From NCBI GenBank assembly GCA_002269645.1, contig NIVC01000745.1:113095-177094 (forward strand): a DNA stretch of 64,000 nt, in the 5' to 3' direction. How positions within the stretch are numbered: the first letter of the stretch is position 1; each line of letters starts with the position of its first letter. This document shows, in pieces, positions 15,001 to 24,000 of this stretch. Position numbers and translations under genes: made by a program. Under the pieces are notes generated by a model that saw only the letters and a program-made list of their open reading frames with translations, was not told the DNA's origin and made no database searches. The stretch comes from Macrostomum lignano (Eukaryota).

Positions 15001-18000
15001 TGAGGCTGCGGCTTCACTTCGACGCCGACAGCAGGTGGATGCTGCTGTCGGAGGTGCAGTTCGATTCCAGTGAGTATTTTTCGACTCAGCATGCTTTTAC
15101 TCATAGCCTTGGCCCCGAGTCCCGGGAGATCCTGTGACACAGTCCTGAGTCACAGTGTGTTCACACATGTTCACAAACACACAGGCCCGAACCCCTGCGT
15201 ATTATCTATCTGATATGGCTTTTGGCAGAACAGAATCGCACTAGTGCCGATTCCAGTTGCGCTGAGGCAACATGCAGCGTGTGCAGCCAGCCACTTGTTC
15301 GTCTTCTTGAAGAGAAATATGAAAATCAAGAAGACAAGTTTAGCTGGGTGCGGAGCTTCTGTCCTGGGAATCAATGCTTGGAAGGGGGGGGGTCACGGCA
15401 GTTCCTGCGGCAACGAATGTCTCTCTGTCAGTTGGGGTCCGGTTTCAGGCCAGACATGGGAGACAAGAGGGGAGGGGCCGATCTCGGCGGATTGAATTTC
15501 TTTTCTAATCGAAGCGGCGCCCCGAGGGCAGCTGGTGCCGCTGCCGTGCTGCGGCGCTGTCCGCTAGCAGTTTCCAAATCCCCTGATTGCCGGAAACTTT
15601 GCCGCGGTTATCGGGGATCGGGATGATGAAAGCCCGCCCCAGACCAACACAGTTCCTATTAAAGCTGCAATTGAGGCTCAAGATTCTTCAAAGGGGGTCG
15701 CTCAGCAGCCCCCCCCCCCGAGGCGGAGGCCGTGCTTTATCGGGCCTATCTCCGCATCCCGGTATGGAAGCTGGAGGATGAAGCATCTGCAACATTTGCT
15801 TCTGCGTTTCTTGTCAGGACAAACTTTTCTGTTCTGGATGCGCCTGCTTTCGGAGGCTCATTGAGCTGCATTCTTATCGCCGCAAGCCCTGATGAACTTC
15901 ATTCTTGCACGCTTGTGCCGCGACCTCCCCTCTTTGCTATTCAAGTCACGGCGCGCAGCCCCAGAGCTCACGATAGTGCGCGGAATTCTCGCAATCTGCA
16001 CCTCTACAAAACATCCCGAGAGACTTCGCGAGGGAAGTTCATACAAAATTGAGCTCATGGCTTCAGTCTCGATGGCGAGTCAATGGAGTGAGACCTTGAC
16101 TTTCCAAATCCATTCCAAATGAGAAGCATCAGCAGATGCGGTGGGCCGAAAGTTTTCGAGACATGCCACCACCACTGAGCTGGAGGGCGGGACTGGAAAT
16201 TCGAAGTGTCTGGAAATCGGGACACAATAAAAACTTGTGCAGTAAAAAGCAGCCTCGCGCCCCGGTGGTTCAGATTCCGCCGAAGTTCGGTACTTCGGCT
16301 GCGCCAGGCGGATTCCATCCGACCCGCAAGGTTGAACTTGGGGGTGTGAAACTGCCTGACGGCTGGTCTACCTCAAGGCCTGCTTCAGCTCATAGGCATA
16401 TTCCCACAATTCTCTGTCACTGCACCAAGCTTGTTATGACGTCCAACCAATTGCTTTCTCAGGGACTGACTGCATTGGTGGTTCAAGTTTGCCTTCGCGT
16501 GTTGGAAAATATTAACTTTGCTAATGCTACTACGTTTGGTTAGCCAAGTCTGTACACTGAGTCTATGGCCAAGTCTGTACACTGAGTCTATGGCCAAGTC
16601 TGTACACTGAGTCTATGGCCAAGTCTGTACACTGAGTCTATAGCCAAGTCTGTACACTGAGTCTAAAGCCAAGTCTGTACACTGAGTCTATAGCCCTGTC
16701 TGTACACTGAGTCTATAGCCATGTCTGTAAACTGAGTCTATAGCCTTGTCTTTGCACTGAGTCTATAGCCAAGTGTGTACACTGAATCTATAGCCCTGTC
16801 TGTACACTGAGTCTATGGCCAATACTGTACACTGAGTCTATGGCCAATACTGTACACTGAGTCTATAGCCATGTCTGTACACTGAGTCTATAGCCAATAC
16901 TGTACACTGAGTCTATGGCCAATACTGTACACTGAGTCTATAGCCATGTCTGTACACTGAGTCTATAGCCATGTCTGTACACTGAGTCTATAGCCATGTC
17001 TGTACAGTGCAGGTGTATCATTTTATCAAGCATGACAGACACTGTTTACTCCATTGTCATTACATCTGGGATAGTCTATCAGCTTCTCCAATCATTACCT
17101 GAGATCCCATGGGGTCAAGGATTGATTCGGTCAACCCGAAGCTGAGGTCCACCGCGGGGTCACCCGACTCGAGGCCGAGTTCAGCCCAGCTCTACCTGAC
17201 CTTCTCACCTGCAAGATGAGGACTCACAATCAAGCATGCAGGCGCAGCCGAGCAAAACAATTTTTCGATCAAAAATATGAAAGAAGAAATCGAGTTTGAA
17301 GGACTTGGAGAGGCTGCAGGACGGATTGAATTCCCATTCCGCATCAGCCGTCCTTCATCGGCTCACCTGTGGAGCAGGCAGCTGGAATTGAGAACAGAGG
17401 AGGGAGGCAAAAATCAATTCTTCCTTTCAGGTCGGGGTGACTCACAATCGCTGAGGAACCTCTGTTTCTTCCTCCTCTCCTCACCTGGCTGCACAGTCCT
17501 GTAGTCACAGTCCTGTCACAGTCCGCCCCAAAACTGCTGCTCCCAGCTCCCATCATAAAGGGAAGCCTTTATTATTTATTCCATCTTTTGCAACAAGTGG
17601 CCCGTGAAATCCGAGCCTCCCAAAGCTTCGTTCAATGAGCAAGAGTCGGCGGGCGGGTCATGGAGTTTCTGACCAAGGTATCTGGATAGGAAACCAGCTT
17701 TTGAAGCCGCTTTCTGAACGAAAGCAAAAAGCTCGTAATCATGAAGTCTTTTGTTGAAATTGTTATCGTGGCCTCAGCAGGTACAAAATTTGTTGTCAGG
17801 TGGGGACAAAAGTGCCAGAGCACAGATACTGAGGGAGGGGGCAGCCGACTCCCTGGTCCCTGAAGTCTTCTGGATGGCTGCCTACTGTAGTTAAGCTGTG
17901 AATCGTTAATTTCAGATTAAATTTTCTGAAATCTATCGCATATATACCTACCGACAGACAACTCATTTTTAGTATATAGGATAAACTATTCGCGGTTGTT

Positions 18001-21000
18001 CCTGAGCCCTTCATCTTCAATTCGGACACTGCGTCCGAGATCTCCATGGACAGCTGTAGAGAGAGGCCAGCCGGACCAGAAAACACAATTTACAGAACAG
18101 CCAATCGGTGGATGGGGAACCTGCCTGCCTGCCTGCCAGTTGGCATTCGGGGGGGGGGGCTCGCTGCCTCAATATTCTCTGGTATGCGTCCAGCCTCCCA
18201 ACATCTACATCTCTCCCTCCCTCCCGTATCCACTGCGCTGCGGGTCTATTAAGAAACCGCGGGGACAAAAAGAAAACTTCTGCCAACAACAACTGGCCCT
18301 CCGATTCTCCGAAAGCCCTCATATTCTCCAGGATAAACAAAGGGAGTCTTCGGGAGGATTCCGAGGGGTCAGCGATGCGTCAGCGACTTTCATGTTCCAA
18401 GTGACCCGGCTGGCAGCAGTGACGCTTATTTTCTGACGTCTCTGCCATGCATAGTAATTTTGCCTGATGGTGAAAATAGGAAATATCCCAGATCCCAATT
18501 CGAAAGGCAGCTTCTGGGATTTAAAACGCTGACTCTATGAGTTATACTATGAGTTCTGCTATTGTTGATTCCCGGCACCCTTGCGGAGACGCACTACAAG
18601 TGGGCACTTCAGAGACAATTCTTGGGCAAAATTTCTGATAGAAGGATTCTCAGGGCCAGAATAGCCGGCTCTTGTCCGGCCCTTATCTGGCATTATCTCG
18701 ATAATCTTATCTTATCGGAGATATAGCGAAGGCACCACTAAAACTCTGCCGCATACTCCCGCAATGGTCCCTGACTGAGCTCAATTTCAGCCAATGGTCA
18801 AAATTGTAAAACTGTTTAGCCAGAGTTTTACGAGCCCCCCCCCCTCCTCCCGTCCATGTCAGCCTCGGAGGCGTCAGCGAGCTTGCGTGGTGTCTGTCGG
18901 CTCCCCTTTGAAGTTCCAGTAGCAGCGCTGCTCTACAATCCGCTTGCACCGGAAGCTCGCGCTTCCGTCAAACAGGCGCGCTGACCCCGACTCTGTCCCC
19001 GGTTCAGTTCGAATTTCACACTTCCAAAACACCCGGAAAGTATTCTGGCTATGATGACCTCTGGGCCTTCAATAATACCCCCCCCCCTGCCCTCTTCCCT
19101 TTAGCCTTCCACGCAGCAATTCCTCAGCTCCGCATCAAAGCGAATTTAATCTCGTTGCCCAGCATCCATGCTTCATCTGCTTGGCCAGAGACCGAACTCA
19201 GAGTTGGCCTGTTGTTGGTTGACTCGCACGAGGGCTCTCGGCCTGTCAGGCGCCCTGGTCCTGGCCGGGATAGGGGCTGGATGGGCGAGAGGGCGAGAGG
19301 GCGAGAGTGGCAGCTGAGAGATGAGGGAGCGGTTTTTTCATCGTCTGACAGAGACGAGAGGCGGCGGAGCCGGGCAGATAAGAGCGACGAGCCGGCCGTG
19401 TCCTCGTCGGGCCGGAGTAGTTTCTGCATGGGCCTCCGGGCCACTCTGGCTGCACTTTGGGCTCCGATTTAAATTTATGAGATCGATGGAGCTGGTAAAT
19501 GACTGCGCGCCGTTGAATGAATGACTCCAAAAGAGGGGGGGGGGCAAAGTCCGGCTCCTCAAATTGGTCCGCCGAATGTGGCTGGCGCGATAAACAAGGC
19601 CGAAAATCTGATGAGTTCCAGGCTGTTCAAAACTGCAGCCACCCTTCTATACCCTACGGCGCATTACTGGCGCATCTGGCTTTAAAGGCGTGCTTTGGCC
19701 TGGGCGTTGTCACTCTTCTTGGCCTAGGCGTCTTTGTCACTCCTTGGCTTGGACGTCTTTGTCACTCAGCCTAGGCATCTGTCACTCTCCTTAGCCTAGG
19801 CGTCTTTGTCACTCTACTTGGCCTAGGCGTCTTTGCACTCCTTGGCTTGGGCGTCTTTGTCACTCCTTGGCTTGGGCGTCTTTGTCACTCCTTGGCTTGG
19901 GCGTCTTTGTCACTCCTTGGCTTGGGCGTCTTTGTCACTCCTTGGCTTGGGCGTCTTTGTCACTCCTTAGCGTAGGCGTCTTTGTCACTCCTTAGCATAG
20001 GCGTCTTTGTCACTGTCCTTGGCTTGGGCGTCTTTGTCACTGTCCTTGGCTTGGGCGTCTTTGTCACTCCTTAGCGTAGGCGTCTTTGTCACTCCTTAGC
20101 ATAGGCGTCTTTGTCACTGTCCTTGGCTTGGGCGTCTTTGTCACTGTCCTTGGCTTGGGCGTCTTTGTCACTCCTTAGCGTAGGCGTCTTTGTCACTCCT
20201 TAGCATAGGCGTCTTTGTCACTGTCCTTGGCCTAAGCGTCTTTGTCACTCTTTGGCTTTTGTCACTCTACTTGGCCTAGGCGTCTTTGTCACTCCTTAGT
20301 CTAGGCGTCTTAGTACAGACACTAAAAGACCTGGATACGGGCGTATAGATTCCTGAGGAGAAGAAACAAATACGCCAGGTGCAATGAGAGCTCAGCTAAG
20401 CGTCGTTATCCTTGATTCCAAGTGGGCAGACAGCCAGGGGGTCTTCAGTCGGGCAATCAGACAATCGATCCATATTCGGAGTTCCCAATTGAATAACCGC
20501 ATTGAGTTTTGAGCAAGCTGCGAAGTTCGCGCCCAAATCGCCACCGCACAAGATTGTTAAAACCGCATGAGATCGACTGGCGGGTGATGGCGGGGCGGAG
20601 ATTCTGACTAACACCTGGGGATTTTCCCAAATCCCCAAAACTGGGGTGCCTCTTCAGCTCCCTCTTATCCCGTCTATCGCGATCCCATCGCCACTATAGG
20701 AAATTCAATAGCAGTGTTTATGCGGCTGGGAGCATTCTGGGTCTTCAGCCGACCGGTCCGCGCCCTGCGCGCATGAAAGTTGTTTAAATCTCTTCAGTGT
20801 TTCATCGATGCAGGCTTTCTCCCGAGGATGTCGCCCTCGGAGTGGGCAAGTGGCTGGCTGGCGGACCGGCACAATGAGTCAGCCGCGTGGCGGACTAAAC
20901 TTAAACACAAGCGGCGCACCTCCTCCCAGCTCTGTCTGAGGAAGGCATTTCAATCGCGCTCTCATTCACTGCCAAACTAACTGTCTTTCGGCCGAACGTC

Positions 21001-24000
21001 TGACAGACAGCGCGGAGGGAGAGCAGGGCAGCGCATGGCGGGGATCACGCACCAAGCGGGTTTATTAAAAAGCGACCGTGGTGGGGGGTGGCTTCCCCGC
21101 TGCGCCAGAGAGGAGATTGTAATTTCGCAAAGTCAACACCGGCCCGGCCTGTCCCGAACTGAGTGACTGCCGCCCTGGCGCCGCCGGGTGACTAATGGCT
21201 GGGAAAGTTTGCCTATCGCCTTGAATGAAATGCGGGCGGCGGTGCTGGGACAATCGAAGTCCTCTCCCACAGAATTAACAGCGGCAACAAGTGCAACAGG
21301 CGCTCTCGGGCCTCTCAACCGGCGTCCTCTGCGGCATTTCTTCACGCACGCGATGCCGCCGAGGTCAGCGACGATGTTGATGATGCCAATCTCAGCATCC
21401 CCTTCGGCACGCAACGGTGCTGGTGACCTCGACCGCCACCCCAGATTAGAATAATTGTATTCATTCCGAAAGTTGATTTTCAAACCCGATCTGGAATGCC
21501 TGTGGTTTGCTGCTGCATGTTCTGCCGCATCAATTCTTGCGAATCCCGTGCAGGGGGGCACAAAAGGCTTCTGCCAGATGCTGCCAGAACTGATTAAAAC
21601 TGGCCTGAGCGCCTCTGCCGCGACTTTGTTTGCCCCAAGCCTTTCTTGGCCAACAGCCGGTGGCTGCTGCGCAACAAAGGCTGCTGCAGCACACCTGAAA
21701 CTCTTCAGAATTGCACCAGCGACATCAACTATAATTAACTGGGCAATTGGCGGTGCTTTCGGCTTTTGAACAAAAAACTTGACATTTTTTCTTATTTACC
21801 TGGGCCTGCTGCGCAGATGCTCCGCCGGCTGAAATCCGCACCGCCGCCATCAGCTGTGCTGCATCAGGCACAGTTCAGTTGTAATATCCGGCAAATTATT
21901 CAGAGGCTTTTAAGCGGGTAATTGGTGACAAAAGTTTTATTGCTGGATGCTGTCAGGGAAAGCAAAGTCTGCATCAAAATAGCGCCACCTCAAATCCTAA
22001 AATTCCTGAAGTTAGCGGCCTGAAGTTATCCTGATGTCTGCCAGAGCAGCTCAGCGGTAGACGAGTCTGACTCTCTCTCCCTGAAGTTATCCTGAACTTG
22101 GCGTCGCTCCAGTCCTGAGGTTCTGTCCCTGTGCCTTGTAAGGGAGTTGAAGCCTAGTGGTCAGTGCAGTGCGTCTACTCACGACTGAAAAGTCGGAGGT
22201 TCGATTCCCGATCCCACTGGAACAATTTGTGTCCTTGAGCAAGGCACTTAACTCTGCATTGCTTCAGTTCACCCAGCTGTAAAATAGGTGCCAGGTGCCA
22301 GTATAGGTCCCAAAATAGGTAGCTGGGGTAATTGAGGGTGTGTGTGGTGCCCCCCGGTCCTTGGACTGAACAATAGCTGCGGCTGAACTGCACATCGGGC
22401 CCAATGGGGGCAGGTGTAATCATCTTTCAAAGTGCACCAGAACAGCAGTCGAGTTTCAAAAATAATACAAAAACTGCTCAATCCCAACAGACCCCGTGTC
22501 GGTGCCGCCACCGCCGGAGACGCCGCCTCTGCCTCCGCAGCAGCCGCACCCGCCACCGCAACAGCCGCGGCCGCCAGCAGGCGTCGATGACGGGGCCGCC
22601 ATCGCCAACAACGGCGACCTGCGCTGGCTGCGGACCCCCGACCCACCTGCGGTCACCGGCTGGGGCGGCGAGGCCTCCAAGGAGCACGTCGAGTTGCGCG
22701 GCGGCGACGGCAGTGGCGGCAGAGGCGGTGGCGGGCAGCCACAACAGAGAGACAGCGAGCTCACCTACATCGTCATCATCGTGTCCAGCCTCCTCGGCGC
22801 GCTGCTGCTGATGCTGACCGTCGGCCTGCTCTGCCTGCGGCGCTGGCGGCTGCTGCGCAAGAAGGCCGTCGGCGGCGGCGGTGGCCATGGCAGCGTCGGC
22901 CGCTGCATCTCCATGCAGACGCACCTGAAGGGCGCTGAGACGACGCCAATCCACCTGGACTTTGCCAGCGGCAGGCCGGCTGTCCTCAACGGCAGCGCCT
23001 TTGTCGGCGTCAACGGCGGGGCGGGTGGAAGCGGAGGTGGCGGAGGCGGCGGCGGCAGCATCGGTGGCGGCAGCAAGAACCTCGGCGTCTACAATAGCCT
23101 GCCCGAGTCGGACGATGACGAGGACTCGGATGACAGCCTCGCCGACTCCGTCCGGATCGTCAGCGGCTGCGGCGGCGGCGGCGTCGGAGGCCCAGCGGAC
23201 GAGCCGCTGATCGGCGCCGGCGCGGGGGCGCGCGAGTACGCCAGCGCCACGCTGAGCATGCTGTACAGCCCGAAGGCGCATTACTCGGCGACTGCGGCAA
23301 TGGCGTCGCCCTACAGCAGGACGCGGATCACCACCAACCCGCTGGCGGAGCTCACCCCGGTGGCGCGGGCGCGGCTGTCCCAGCAGCAGAGCGGCTACTC
23401 GCCACACCGCGGCTACCCGAGCCCGGTGCCGCCGCCGCCTTCTGGACTCCTGGTGGGCCTGCCGATGGCCACCCCGCCGCCGGTGCCGCGGTTTCCGTCG
23501 GATCTCAACATCCAGGGTGAGCAGCTGCTGACTGTATCGGTGGTTTGGTGAACATGGTAAGCATGCGTGAGGTAGGTTTTCCTGGCGCCAGACACCAATG
23601 TCTATGGCGCCAGATACCAATGTGCTATGGCGCCAGATACAAATGTGCTATGGCGCCAGATACCAATGTGCTATGGCGCCAGATACCAATGTGCTATGGC
23701 GCCAGATACCAATGTGCTATGGCGCCAGATACCAATGTGCTATGGCGCCAGATACCAATGTGCTATGGCGCCAGATACCAATGTCTATGGCGCCAGATAC
23801 CAATGTGCTATGGCGCCAGATAACAATGTGCTATGGCGCCAGATACCAATGTCTATGGCGCCAGATACCAATGTCTATGGCGCCAGATACCAATGTGCTT
23901 TGGCGCCAGATACCAATGTCTATGGCGCCAGGCATATGTATACACTATGAAAGCATGTATCATTAAGCCATTAAACTGAGCATCCAGTCGGGATGTTGGG

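Noticed and set aside
14346-15140. Antisense ORFs over coding exons (also 22478..23620, 24968..26395, 30518..31288, 38141..38923, 48523..48996)
   Set aside because: Shadow ORFs expected from GC3-rich codon usage on the opposite strand; no independent motifs
19124-21561. GC-rich coding-looking patches in DDR intron 5 (ORFs 19124..19444 -, 21133..21561 -, 21188..21454 +) and at 1846..2163, 12847..13444, 15732..16543
   Set aside because: No family motif or coherent exon chain could be established by eye; left unannotated pending RNA-seq or homology search
22142-22215. tRNA genes at 22142 and 40510
   Set aside because: Acceptor and anticodon stems do not pair well, and both run into a shared non-tRNA body, so they are SINE heads
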